From assembly GCF_056746865.1 (NCBI RefSeq), contig NZ_JBWKMP010000003.1: 64,000 bases of DNA; one strand, written 5' to 3'. The position numbers were made by a program, and so were the translations under genes. The notes beneath the pieces are model-generated. The model saw only the letters and a list, made by a program, of their open reading frames with translations. It was not told the origin of the DNA and searched no databases. Position 1 is the first letter of the stretch. Each line of letters begins with the position of its first letter. The DNA is from a plasmid. Of the stretch, positions 35,641 through 44,693 are shown piece after piece.

Positions 35641-36291
35641 ATGAATAACATGCCAACGAAAGAGCTTTTTAAGTTCCTTCCCAAATACAAAGCTCACAAA
35701 AACGTTAGTGCATCGAAAATTAAAAATGTTGTTATTTTCGGAGTAACTGATGCCCCACTTTGGGGCTGCATCGAACTCGTTGAACCAAAAGGGGCAACAG
35801 TTTGTGTTGACGCAATGTTTTTACAAAAACACCGACCAAAAACTGGCGGGTATCTGATCGTTTATGAAAACGGTTATCTGTTCTATGCCCCGGAGAAACC
35901 ATTTGAGGAATGCTATGGCCTGGTTAACGACGCCTCCAAAAATGGAACCACGGTCATCATTACGGATGACAACGGCGTGATGATTAATCTTACTGGGAGC
36001 GTAACTATTTCTGCTGGTGGCATCACCACCCAGCAAGAAGAAATCGACCTTGAAGCAGCCGACTTCTCTGATGCGCTAATGTGGTTGAAGGAAGGCAAGA
36101 AAGTTGCCCGACGCGAGTGGAAAGGCGAAAAGCAATTCTGCTGGTTAGTTCTCGCTGGAAGCGTCAATTTACACGGCATTCACGTTCCTTATGGTGACCA
36201 TTTTGTATTGAAAGATGCACAAAATATGGACAGCGTTTGGTTGCCGTCTGTGGATGATTTACTGGCCTGTGACTGGTTTGTTGTGGAGTGA
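35641..36291 (+). CDS. Two-domain protein with a C-terminal DUF2829 (Tad2-like) domain
   Basis: C-terminal FSDALMWLKEGKKVARREWKGEKQFCWLVLAGS ... VWLPSVDDLLACDWFVVE fits the DUF2829 pattern; N-terminal ~140 aa unassigned. Confidence 0.6.
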   Translation: MNNMPTKELFKFLPKYKAHKNVSASKIKNVVIFGVTDAPLWGCIELVEPKGATVCVDAMFLQKHRPKTGGYLIVYENGYLFYAPEKPFEECYGLVNDASKNGTTVIITDDNGVMINLTGSVTISAGGITTQQEEIDLEAADFSDALMWLKEGKKVARREWKGEKQFCWLVLAGSVNLHGIHVPYGDHFVLKDAQNMDSVWLPSVDDLLACDWFVVE

Positions 36292-36297
36292 TTTAAC

Positions 36298-37104
36298 GTG
36301 GAAAATACCAAGAACATTCAATATCGCTTGCGTAACGGCCTGCTGGTGGATGTAAACGATGATATGTCCCTGCCCTTTGCCACCATTGAGCGAACCATCC
36401 TTACATACCTGGGCTTAGACGAAGAGTTAGATAGTGAGAATGGCATTGCTATCTGGCGTGACGGAAAAACGGGAGTCAGACGTTTTATTACGGCAAGAGG
36501 CATTCAGTGCACACAGGAAGAATTGTTTGAACTGGCGCAGTCTTATGGATGCATCGCGTTAGATCCCCTGTATGACCCAGCCATAGCACAACAACTCATT
36601 CGAGAGCTGTCGCTTTCGGTCACGCCAATAATCTTCCGCCAGGGAACCTTAACCGGCACATGGCGTGTAGAACGCATCTCTAAATATCAGCCATATAATA
36701 TCCATTTGAACGGCACTATTACTGGTGTGGATCAACCAGTAGCAGGTGAAAACAAAGACCTGGAACTTGCAGTAATGATGGCAGCTTGTCGCGTGCTTGG
36801 CCTGGGCAAGCAGATGTTTATCCATTTCCCAAACGGCGCGGAAGGCGAAGTAGAGCTGATTTCCTGCGACTTTTCCTTAACCTGGATGCTTGATGAATTC
36901 CTGGACAAAACAGTATTCCGTGCTGAAGAACTGGATATGTATGTCACCTCAAGTATTCCTAATGACGTGAAAGTTGAGGCCATCGCTACAGCCAGGGCGA
37001 AATGCCGTGCGGCGATTGCAGAACAGGCCAAAGAAGAACAGTCCGATGAAGTCGCGGCAGATGTGGAGGCAGAGGTAGCGGAGGATGCTGATGCTGACGC
37101 CTAA
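36298..37104 (+). CDS. Hypothetical protein with acidic C-terminal tail, coupled to the terminase-like paralog
   Basis: 268 aa, GTG start per ORF track; overlaps the next gene by 20 nt. Confidence 0.45.
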   Translation: MENTKNIQYRLRNGLLVDVNDDMSLPFATIERTILTYLGLDEELDSENGIAIWRDGKTGVRRFITARGIQCTQEELFELAQSYGCIALDPLYDPAIAQQLIRELSLSVTPIIFRQGTLTGTWRVERISKYQPYNIHLNGTITGVDQPVAGENKDLELAVMMAACRVLGLGKQMFIHFPNGAEGEVELISCDFSLTWMLDEFLDKTVFRAEELDMYVTSSIPNDVKVEAIATARAKCRAAIAEQAKEEQSDEVAADVEAEVAEDADADA

Positions 37105-38191
37105 AAACATCACCGAATTACCAGAGTGGAGAGAGCTGGTAAGCAAATATAGCCATGACTGGGCATTAGCAGCAGAAGAGTTGATGGGTGTTAAGTTAAC
37201 CCACCAGCAAAAGCTAATTGTTGAGGCGATTCAACAAAAAGGTTCAGCAGTCAGCGTCACCACTCCTGAAGGGATAGGCCAAAAGACGGTTATCGCTATA
37301 ATTAGTATTCTTTATACAATCCTGATGCCTGAGTCTAAAACGGTTATTGTTTCCCCAAAGTTCTATAATTGTCGCAGGCAAGTTATCCAATACATAAGTA
37401 CGTATTGGGATAGAGTCAGTAACAGAATCCCATTGCTGGGAGAATATTTTAAAGTCGACGGAAACGGCATCAATCATCGTTACCGGGAATATTGGGGCTG
37501 CGAAATTAAGCCATATCACCGAAATTATGAGGAAGGTTTCGGTGGATATTATGCTGAACATCTTTTAATCATTGTTACGGAGGCGGCTCTTGCTGGCGAT
37601 CGGCTATTCAGCATGTTAAGAGCATCGTTAGTAAGTGACGATTCACGTATACTTTTAATGTCCGCTCCTTCAGAGGAGGAGCATGGACACTTTTACGATT
37701 CCCATCATGGTCGTGCAAAATCAGAAGAAAATCCATGTGGTATTTATACAGCCATCAAGCTGAACGCAGAAGATACCCCCATTATTTCACAAGGTTATCT
37801 TGATAACATTGCAGAAATATATGGTGGTAAAAACAGCGATTACTACCGTCGCATGATTCTTGGTGAGTTTCCAGGTATTAGGGAGGCTGTTCTTGAATCA
37901 GATATGCCGAAAACAATGCGCTTTTCGATGCCTGATGGTAGTGAATGGATAATGCCATTACGAGTGATAGCCCGGCATCATGCACAGCACCACGCCAAAA
38001 AACATGGCGTTACAACATTGGAGTGGTTGAAATCGCACACCATTCCACTCTTCACTGCAGATCACAATGCTATCGTTGAGTGGGCAAAAACAATTCCGTG
38101 GGAGAATGTCGCTGAATACGCCCACATGCTAAAACCGCCGAAAGACAGGCAAGAAATTAGCTGGCTGACAGCAGAAAAAATCATTGAGTGA
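37085..38191 (+). CDS. Terminase-large-subunit-like ATPase-domain paralog with degenerate Walker motifs and no nuclease domain
   Basis: Alignable to the PacB-like gene (HQQKLIVEAIQQ / HQQQQIIQSVQE; HGHFYDSHHGRAKSEENPCGIYTAIKLNAEDTP / [33 protein letters not shown]), but P-loop reads GIGQKT instead of GTGKS and Walker B reads VTE instead of LDE; 368 aa without the VDADGFG nuclease region. Confidence 0.6.
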   Translation: MLMLTPKNITELPEWRELVSKYSHDWALAAEELMGVKLTHQQKLIVEAIQQKGSAVSVTTPEGIGQKTVIAIISILYTILMPESKTVIVSPKFYNCRRQVIQYISTYWDRVSNRIPLLGEYFKVDGNGINHRYREYWGCEIKPYHRNYEEGFGGYYAEHLLIIVTEAALAGDRLFSMLRASLVSDDSRILLMSAPSEEEHGHFYDSHHGRAKSEENPCGIYTAIKLNAEDTPIISQGYLDNIAEIYGGKNSDYYRRMILGEFPGIREAVLESDMPKTMRFSMPDGSEWIMPLRVIARHHAQHHAKKHGVTTLEWLKSHTIPLFTADHNAIVEWAKTIPWENVAEYAHMLKPPKDRQEISWLTAEKIIE

Positions 38192-38226
38192 TAGTAGGAA
38201 GCCCGCCTGGTTGAGCGGGCTTCTTT

Positions 38227-38607
38227 TCAAATATTGGAACCATATAGTTCACGTAGTTTATCCGCTACTGAAGATACGGGGATTTCACCAGTTGCAGCCC
38301 CCACCGCAAGTTCCACCAGCACGGGAGAATCATATACCTGTATACCGTTACGGCGTAGAAATAGCAGCGCACTGTTTAGCGCGGTACGCTTATTGGCATC
38401 ATTGAATATATGCCCTCTCGCTGTAGCCACCAGGTAGGTGGCGGAGACTTCGAAAAGGTCGGTGATCTCTTCGTAGGCAACTCTGGCCTGAACTCTCCCG
38501 ATAATGGCCTCTGCCCTGCCCGGATCTGACATGCCAGGCAGGCCGCCGTAGCGGCTTATATTCGCATCATGAAGCGCAATAAGTTCTTCCGGTGATATAT
38601 GCCTCAT
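38227..38607 (-). CDS. doc: Doc toxin (Fic-fold kinase) of the phd/doc addiction module
   Basis: 126 aa; [78 protein letters not shown] matches P1 Doc as I recall it almost residue for residue. Confidence 0.92.
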
Positions 38608-38828
38608 TATCGGTTAACCAGTTCCTTGTTGGTGGAGTCCAGGGTGTCAAACAGGGATGCAAATTCAGCATCCAGCGCCGCTTTTTTGTAGGCTTCGAAA
38701 GTAGCCTTGCTGACAATTACTGCTGGCTCACGGCCTCTGCGGGTGATTTCAACCTCTTCCCCGGCTTCAACATTGTTGAGCACTTCAGAAAGGTTGCCAC
38801 GCGCGGTACGGAAGTTAATGGATTGCAT
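38607..38828 (-). CDS. phd: Phd antitoxin
   Basis: [73 protein letters not shown] matches P1 Phd as recalled; stop overlaps the doc start. Confidence 0.92.
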
Positions 38829-38900
38829 AAACACCTCGTGTACTCGTTATGTGTACACAATTATAAACTTCACAGGCATAAAGCACCAGCACTTTGCAGC

Positions 38901-39290
38901 TTAAATAACCGGACAATCATCAAATTCCCCACTTCGGGCATCATTGATGACATGAGTGATCACACCAAAAACAGCATTACTGCCCGTGTATCCATCGTCA
39001 TCTACTGGTAACGCCTCTTTCTTCCCGGTGCTTAAGTCCTCCAGGTGCTGGCGCGGATACTTCCTGTATCTCTTTATGCGATATTCACCCTCCATAGCGC
39101 ACACAAGCAGAGAACCATCAACCGGAGTAAGCGAGGAATCAACCACCAGCAAAGCACCCTGCAATATTCCCTCACGGTGATGGCTATCAGCTGCCCGCAT
39201 GAAGTAGGTCGCTGAAGGATGTCTAATTATCTGCTGATCAAGAGAAATTCGGCTTTCAACATAATCCGCCGCAGGAGAAGGGAAGCCCAT
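38901..39290 (-). CDS. humD: HumD-like UmuD' homolog
   Basis: GFPSPAADYVESRISLDQQIIRHPSATYF aligns with UmuD; lacks the N-terminal autocleavage segment like P1 HumD; lies upstream of phd/doc as in P1. Confidence 0.8.
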   Translation of the reverse strand: MGFPSPAADYVESRISLDQQIIRHPSATYFMRAADSHHREGILQGALLVVDSSLTPVDGSLLVCAMEGEYRIKRYRKYPRQHLEDLSTGKKEALPVDDDGYTGSNAVFGVITHVINDARSGEFDDCPVI

Positions 39291-39413
39291 AGCGTTTTAC
39301 CTCAATGATACTGTTTATTCATACAGTATACATTGAAAAGGCATAGTTTGTGAAAGCGGGGTTTGTAGGCGCGCCACGCTGGGGGCTAATCACATTTCTC
39401 CCCCATCTTGCCG

Positions 39414-39665
39414 TTATTTTTTTGGTGCATCCTCGTTCTGATACACCGGATCGCTCCCTTTTGGCAACTGGAGGCTTAACTGCCGATAGTGCCGTAACCG
39501 TTCCATGAAATAGGTGCGCAGATTCTCTGGTTGCTCGCGGGCTACCTGTTCAGCTATGACAGGTATGTTCAATCGCTCTTTGTACGCCACACCGCTGGCA
39601 GCCAGATCAACGTTAACCTTATCCCGTTCTTCCTGACTTTTAGCTGCAATATTCCAGTCGCTCAT
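39414..39665 (-). CDS. hot: Hot-like homolog of DNA polymerase III theta subunit
   Basis: [43 protein letters not shown] aligns with E. coli HolE. Confidence 0.8.
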   Translation of the reverse strand: MSDWNIAAKSQEERDKVNVDLAASGVAYKERLNIPVIAEQVAREQPENLRTYFMERLRHYRQLSLQLPKGSDPVYQNEDAPKK

Positions 39666-39667
39666 AT

Positions 39668-39940
39668 TTAAGGCTCACATTTCCAGATGGTATTCTGAAC
39701 ACCCGAACCGGGCGCAAGATTAGGGTTGGCGTTCGCGCTATGCTGATATACTGCTTTAGACTTCCCATATTGCTGACAGGCTTTATCTGCGGTTTTTTGC
39801 AGGCTATCCAGGCCATACCAACCATCTGACTGTATGCTTACCTTTTCACCGTCGTTGTATTGCACCATTGCACACCCAGATATAGCCAGTATCGCACCGA
39901 CAATAACGCTTTTCCATAAAACTCTATGCAACATATACAA
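39668..39940 (-). CDS. Putative lipoprotein
   Basis: Signal peptide with lipobox LAISGC. Confidence 0.55.
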   Translation of the reverse strand: MYMLHRVLWKSVIVGAILAISGCAMVQYNDGEKVSIQSDGWYGLDSLQKTADKACQQYGKSKAVYQHSANANPNLAPGSGVQNTIWKCEP

Positions 39941-39979
39941 AAATCCCCTCTGTGAATTGAGGGGATTTTAGCATGGTGA

Positions 39980-40615
39980 TCAGATATCGGCCTTATTCGG
40001 AATTTTATCAGCCACCAGCGGCAATAAAGCCTTCGCCATTTCATGAACCAACATGGCATCAATGACGCCTAGCGTATGGCCCGGTTTAATGTTTAATGCC
40101 GCCTCAAGATGACTCCTTTCCAGGCCGCTTTTCTCGGCTTGTTTATGACGATCTGGTGTAATAACTTCGCCCAAAACGCGGCTAATTTTTTCTCGTAATT
40201 GCTGGGTGCCAGCACACTTGATCGCTGTATCGTGGAGACGGTTAACCAGTTCGCGATAAACATGCGGCTTAATGCGGATACGTTCACCGGTGACGCCCTT
40301 TCCTGGCGCTGGCACCGAACTATCCGGATAGTTGCCAGCCTCGTAAGCTACCCGCAGCCAGTGCATGAATGTTTCAGTGGACACACAACCACAGTCCACA
40401 TCGATTTTTCCGCGTTGCTGTTCCAGCCACTGCTCAAAATTCAATCTACACGTATTACTTTCATGTTGCTCTTTTTGTCTCAAGGCCAGCATCTGCTGGG
40501 CTATTTCCAATACTTCATCTGCCGTATATCCAGCACCGTGACCATACATTTCGATACGGGAAATAATCTCTGATATACGCTCTTCAGTGATTCTGGTCAT
40601 TTCTTTTTGCGCCAT
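39980..40615 (-). CDS. Hypothetical protein sharing a ~45-aa segment with the C-terminus of the DUF4406 fusion
   Basis: KPHVYRELVNRLHDTAIKCAGTQQLREKISRVL versus APHIYRELVNALRDIAAVYHGTEQLRERLAHTI in 52539-53150. Confidence 0.5.
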   Translation of the reverse strand: MAQKEMTRITEERISEIISRIEMYGHGAGYTADEVLEIAQQMLALRQKEQHESNTCRLNFEQWLEQQRGKIDVDCGCVSTETFMHWLRVAYEAGNYPDSSVPAPGKGVTGERIRIKPHVYRELVNRLHDTAIKCAGTQQLREKISRVLGEVITPDRHKQAEKSGLERSHLEAALNIKPGHTLGVIDAMLVHEMAKALLPLVADKIPNKADI

Positions 40616-40968
40616 TTCTTTTCACATTCCTTAGTCCATTTTTCAATGTTCATTTTGGCAATATCAGTCATTCCATCACCTAAGAAATACTTTTTCCGGT
40701 ATGTCTTGCACTTAAACCACACTACAACAGCCACCAGCCAGAAAATAAAAGGCCATACAGCAATACCAACGACAGCCGCGATAAAGCCCAATAGCCATAA
40801 ATGAAGCTCTCCAACTTCTGTTTCCGGCAATATTCTTAAAGAATTAAACAGCAGGCTGAACGAATGGTCGTATGCATTGGCGGTATAAGACATGCAATCC
40901 ATATAATTAAAGTCATAGCCTGCGGCTGCCGCCCATAATGGGCGGTCAAGAAAATGTTTTAGTGTCAT
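40597..40968 (-). CDS. Hypothetical membrane protein
   Basis: Two or three hydrophobic helices, basic C-terminus. Confidence 0.45.
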   Translation of the reverse strand: MTLKHFLDRPLWAAAAGYDFNYMDCMSYTANAYDHSFSLLFNSLRILPETEVGELHLWLLGFIAAVVGIAVWPFIFWLVAVVVWFKCKTYRKKYFLGDGMTDIAKMNIEKWTKECEKKWRKKK

Positions 40969-40977
40969 TATATAAAT

Positions 40978-41271
40978 TTAAGGTTCAGACCAGTTATCTT
41001 CAATAGCAATGCTTAATCTTTGTAGCCATTCTGCTAATTTCAGCATTGCTTCTCTTTCGCTTAAACCACGAGGAAAATCATCAAGCGAAATTGTTGGCTT
41101 GAATCCCCCGCAATTATCCATTTCAACTGTCAGATTTTGTTCCAGCACGGTATTTCTTACGCGGCTATTGTGCCGAAGCAAATATACTGAGCGTGATTTA
41201 TTGGTTTTGTGGTCTAGCTTATATTCGGTAAGTATCATCTGGCTTTTGCCATGATTATTACCTCTCCACAT
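40978..41271 (-). CDS. Hypothetical protein (start trimmed to the internal ATG with RBS)
   Basis: ATG (MWRGNN) preceded by tgaggtaag; the longer 129-aa ORF-track version overlaps an upstream small ORF. Confidence 0.4.
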   Translation of the reverse strand: MWRGNNHGKSQMILTEYKLDHKTNKSRSVYLLRHNSRVRNTVLEQNLTVEMDNCGGFKPTISLDDFPRGLSEREAMLKLAEWLQRLSIAIEDNWSEP

Positions 41272-41278
41272 ACTTACC

Positions 41279-41401
41279 TCACTTAATAAAACAACTCCAT
41301 GCGTAGTTGATGATTTTTTCCCACGTAATATAAATCTGCACTCCGGCAGTAAAACCAAAGCCAACAATTGCTGAAAAAATCAAAACATTTACTTTTGACA
41401 T
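41279..41401 (-). CDS. Small hydrophobic peptide (40 aa)
   Basis: MSKVNVLIFSAIVGFGFTAGVQIYITWEKIINYAWSCFIK; below the ORF-track cutoff; stop lies next to the start of 40978-41271. Confidence 0.3.
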   Translation of the reverse strand: MSKVNVLIFSAIVGFGFTAGVQIYITWEKIINYAWSCFIK

Positions 41402-41449
41402 TATAAATTTTCTCTCGGTGTCGTAGGTGATAGCACCATAATTGATAAT

Positions 41450-41683
41450 TTAGTGAGTTAGCAGTTCCATTTTTTTGATGATTTCCGCATGAGCATCATC
41501 GTTATCAACACTTAGCTCGTTTAATGCTTCTCGCACTACATCAACTTCTTCAGGCTGAAAGAAGTCGTCGCGGTAATCACCAAATAGAACCGAAACCAGC
41601 CTGCCACCAGCAACATCAAGATTGGCGCTAACAGGTGGCTCTTTGCCATCCTCAAATTCGACTACAAAAGTTAATTTTCCCAT
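41450..41683 (-). CDS. Hypothetical acidic protein (77 aa)
   Basis: ORF with conserved operon orientation. Confidence 0.45.
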   Translation of the reverse strand: MGKLTFVVEFEDGKEPPVSANLDVAGGRLVSVLFGDYRDDFFQPEEVDVVREALNELSVDNDDAHAEIIKKMELLTH

Positions 41684-41759
41684 CGTTACCCCCAGAAGAT
41701 AAAAATAGCGGCAATCGCCATAGCTACGCCTACAATCGCAAATGCTTCAGGCCAGCTTA

Positions 41760-42017
41760 TTACCTCACCTCCAGTCTCCATACCGCCTGACCAATCCGGC
41801 TGGCATGGGTATCTTTGGATACTGTTCCATCTTTAGCCAGCTCCATAAGAATTTTGCGCAAATCTGCCGAACGCCATTCTTCATCAGGAAATTCCTTCTC
41901 CATTGCCAACCGCAGATTCCAGGTTGCTATCGTGAATGGATATTCCCCGCCGAGAGCTTTCTCTTGCAGGGCAGCACGGGAACGTATCACCTGCAAAACC
42001 TTCTCTTTTACATCCAT
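41760..42017 (-). CDS. Hypothetical protein (start set at the ATG overlapping the upstream stop)
   Basis: Translational coupling with 42017-42715. Confidence 0.4.
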   Translation of the reverse strand: MDVKEKVLQVIRSRAALQEKALGGEYPFTIATWNLRLAMEKEFPDEEWRSADLRKILMELAKDGTVSKDTHASRIGQAVWRLEVR

Positions 42018-42715
42018 CATTTTGCCTCCTGCGGCGGTTCTGGTAGCGGCATCCAGTGTGATGGTATCCACGACGCACCAGGTATTACCCACCCATCATT
42101 AGCGTCAGGATGCCCCGGGATGTAAGTCGCCCATTTCATTCGCCAGTCACCTTTCCTGTCAAACTCCCTGGCAACAAGAACGGCTGTTTTGGTATCCGGC
42201 ATTCGCTCACTACAGCTTATCCAACTATCCGGAATTACCGGATAGTTGCCCGACAGCTTGTTCAACTTGTAAGTCTGGCTTACAGGTTTGGCACCATGAA
42301 GCATGGCGTCGCTCCGCTCTATGCCATCCAGCGCGATTCGCAGTGCCTGAATTGTGGTAGAGCTATCGTTTGGGGCTATTCCATATCGCTCGAATACAGC
42401 TAAATGGTTGCGCATAATCTCAGGCGTAAGCTCTTTGTAAGCATAAGCAAGAGACTCTGATGCATTATCCGGCACAACCGACGCAAGCGCGGCAGCATAA
42501 ACAGGAATAACGTCCACTTGCTCTTTATTGCTTTCATCCGTTAAAGCCCAGAATAATTTCCCGGCCGGATGTTTGAAAATATAAGCAATTGGTTCTGCTT
42601 CCAGCGATGCCAGAGCAATTTCATACGACCGTCGCTCAATATTGTCTCGCACGTCCAGGCTGCTGATACGCTCTTTGATTTCTTTAATCAGTTCTTTGTC
42701 GGTTAAAGTGGTCAT
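42017..42715 (-). CDS. DUF551-like protein
   Basis: C-terminal ...DGWVIPGASWIPSHWMPLPEPP resembles the DUF551 C-terminal motif common in enterobacterial prophages. Confidence 0.5.
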   Translation of the reverse strand: MTTLTDKELIKEIKERISSLDVRDNIERRSYEIALASLEAEPIAYIFKHPAGKLFWALTDESNKEQVDVIPVYAAALASVVPDNASESLAYAYKELTPEIMRNHLAVFERYGIAPNDSSTTIQALRIALDGIERSDAMLHGAKPVSQTYKLNKLSGNYPVIPDSWISCSERMPDTKTAVLVAREFDRKGDWRMKWATYIPGHPDANDGWVIPGASWIPSHWMPLPEPPQEAK

Positions 42716-42725
42716 AAATTATGCC

Positions 42726-42962
42726 TCAGTTGTATCCGATTGGATTAACCGCAACAAGAACGCCATCCGCGAACAAATCTTTAATGAGGTGTTCGCTCGG
42801 CTCGCCTTTTTCGTACTCTTCAATAAGGTAAGTGTCTCCATCTTCATTGATATAAACAGGAAGGATGGAGCCGTTGATAAAGTAGGTTCCGTTGTTATCG
42901 AGGATTTTTGCCTCGGCGATTTGTTTTTTGGTAAAACGCTCTTCTTTTGTCAAAGTTGCCAT
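42726..42962 (-). CDS. Hypothetical protein (78 aa)
   Basis: Internal ATG start MATLTKEERF. Confidence 0.4.
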   Translation of the reverse strand: MATLTKEERFTKKQIAEAKILDNNGTYFINGSILPVYINEDGDTYLIEEYEKGEPSEHLIKDLFADGVLVAVNPIGYN

Positions 42963-42963
42963 A

Positions 42964-43182
42964 TCAGCTTTCCTTATATGGGTTGATTTTGTTGTGCAAT
43001 GTGTTGAACGACGCCCATACCACGTCGTTATACAATTCAATAACTGGCTCAATTATTTTCCCGATTCCCCATACCAGAATTAACGGGGATATCGGTATCA
43101 TCAACACGATAAACAGAATGAGAAACAGAAATTCTGTTATTCGGCTTCTTTGCGGATATTCTTTTCTGAATAATGTTGGCAC
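42964..43182 (-). CDS. Small membrane protein (GTG start)
   Basis: RBS aaggagag 4 nt upstream of GTG; hydrophobic core FLFLILFIVLMIPISPLILVWGIG. Confidence 0.35.
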   Translation of the reverse strand: MPTLFRKEYPQRSRITEFLFLILFIVLMIPISPLILVWGIGKIIEPVIELYNDVVWASFNTLHNKINPYKES

Positions 43183-43183
43183 A

Positions 43184-43405
43184 TCACTCTCCTTTGCCCG
43201 CAGCTTTCGCCTGCTCTTTAGCAAGTCGCTCCGCTTCTCTGAAATCCCAATCCACTCGATGTGCGATATCAATTGCAGAACGCACGGTTCGTTCAATTAG
43301 CGTATCCAGGTTATCAATTGTCATTGCCATATCTGGATTTCGAGATAAAATCTCCGCCCTCTGAATCTGCCAGTTGTTACAGGTTTCAAGTAATGAGTTA
43401 GCCAT
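43184..43405 (-). CDS. Hypothetical protein (73 aa)
   Basis: Internal ATG start MANSLLETC. Confidence 0.35.
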   Translation of the reverse strand: MANSLLETCNNWQIQRAEILSRNPDMAMTIDNLDTLIERTVRSAIDIAHRVDWDFREAERLAKEQAKAAGKGE

Positions 43406-43406
43406 A

Positions 43407-43595
43407 TCACTCTCCTTTAGTGCGCAAGTGGTTTTTCCAGCGGTTTTGCGCCGCGCTGGGCTTTTTGCAAAAACCACAATCCATCATCCCGTAATATTTC
43501 ATCAACCCCATCCGTCGGTTGCTGAGTCTCACCCACTGCCAGACGCCAGGAGCGTTTCTACGAACTAACAGAATCTTTGCTTTACGGTTTTTCAT
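43407..43595 (-). CDS. Small basic protein, copy 1 of a tandem pair (MKNRKAK...)
   Basis: Shares N-terminus MKNRKAK and the DNA block ttacggtttttcat with the upstream copy. Confidence 0.3.
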   Translation of the reverse strand: MKNRKAKILLVRRNAPGVWQWVRLSNRRMGLMKYYGMMDCGFCKKPSAAQNRWKNHLRTKGE

Positions 43596-43768
43596 CTTAC
43601 AGCGTACCCTTTCTTCCGCCTGTTCTGTGACGCAGTAGGCTTACGCTTTGCGGCAAAAGCCACCTGACCAAATGGATGGAGTACCGCTATCTTATGGTTG
43701 CTAATAACCAGCTCCACCACACGCACAGGTCGCTGTAAAAAAAGTCGTTTTGCCTTACGGTTTTTCAT
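43592..43768 (-). CDS. Small basic protein, copy 2 of a tandem pair (MKNRKAK...)
   Basis: 58 aa, stop overlaps the start of copy 1 (ATGA). Confidence 0.3.
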   Translation of the reverse strand: MKNRKAKRLFLQRPVRVVELVISNHKIAVLHPFGQVAFAAKRKPTASQNRRKKGYAVR

Positions 43769-43940
43769 CGCTTTGCTCTCCTGCGTCTCTTTGCTGCTCG
43801 TCGTGCCGCTGCAATACCGGTATGGCGGCGCTTTGGTGCCGGGATGATGTTGTCAGCCATCAGGACATACGGCTTTGCAATTAGCGCAGAAGCCCAAAAA
43901 CGAGTCGGGTACGGTAACAAGCCGATACATGCCACACGCA

Positions 43941-44693
43941 TTACTCACCTCCTTTGATGCGAATGCCTGCGGCGCGGATTGCAGCGATGACTTCAGAAAC
44001 TTTGTATGCCATTACCGTTTGGTAATCATCGTGAAAATCTGTTCGATGAAGCATGCTGCTACGTTCCGGGAGCGATATTTCCCGAGCATCCAGTTCCTTA
44101 ACGCGTTCCTCCAGTTCGTAGACCCTGCATTGTTCTCTATCATCAATCAGATATACCCCAAGACATTCGCTTTCTACCCAACCGCCAAAATCATGATCGT
44201 AACGCTCACATGAAAACTCACCGTCACCGTCCTTTGTTGGAATGGTGTAACTATCTAATGGGCCACCATATGTCGGCACATTTCCCAATGTTGGATGCTC
44301 AATCCACATGAAAAATGCACGTCCGGTTATTGGGCAAATATCTGGCCGCCATTGGTTACGAACAGCCTTGGTTTCGGATAATTCTTCAGCGTGTTGTTTT
44401 ACTTCCTCAAGCTCAACTCTCAGCTTCCCTACCGTTAGCGCAATATCCTCGTTCTCCTGATCGCGGCGTTTTATGTATTGCTGGTTTCTTTCCCGTTCAT
44501 CCAGCAGCGCCAGCACGGTTTCTGGTCCGGTCAGAAATTTGAAGGCGTTGAGCGCATCAATATCCACACCGTAATCTTTAAGTTCCTGTTCACTTAACAA
44601 ATCATCATCAGCTGGCAACATTAACAGGCGTTCCATTGCTGGAATTGCACGTTCCGCCGCCTCACGCAGTGCCTGGTAATTAATTTCGCTCAC
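43941..44693 (-). CDS. ead/Ea22-like family protein
   Basis: Contains [37 protein letters not shown] and C-terminal [10 protein letters not shown], shared with 50855-51529. Confidence 0.55.
   Translation of the reverse strand: MSEINYQALREAAERAIPAMERLLMLPADDDLLSEQELKDYGVDIDALNAFKFLTGPETVLALLDERERNQQYIKRRDQENEDIALTVGKLRVELEEVKQHAEELSETKAVRNQWRPDICPITGRAFFMWIEHPTLGNVPTYGGPLDSYTIPTKDGDGEFSCERYDHDFGGWVESECLGVYLIDDREQCRVYELEERVKELDAREISLPERSSMLHRTDFHDDYQTVMAYKVSEVIAAIRAAGIRIKGGE

Noticed and set aside
40978-41367. 129-aa minus-strand ORF as given in the ORF track
   Set aside because: The N-terminal 32 codons overlap, in another frame, a better-supported 40-aa hydrophobic ORF; an internal ATG with a strong RBS gives a cleaner 97-aa gene (40978-41271).
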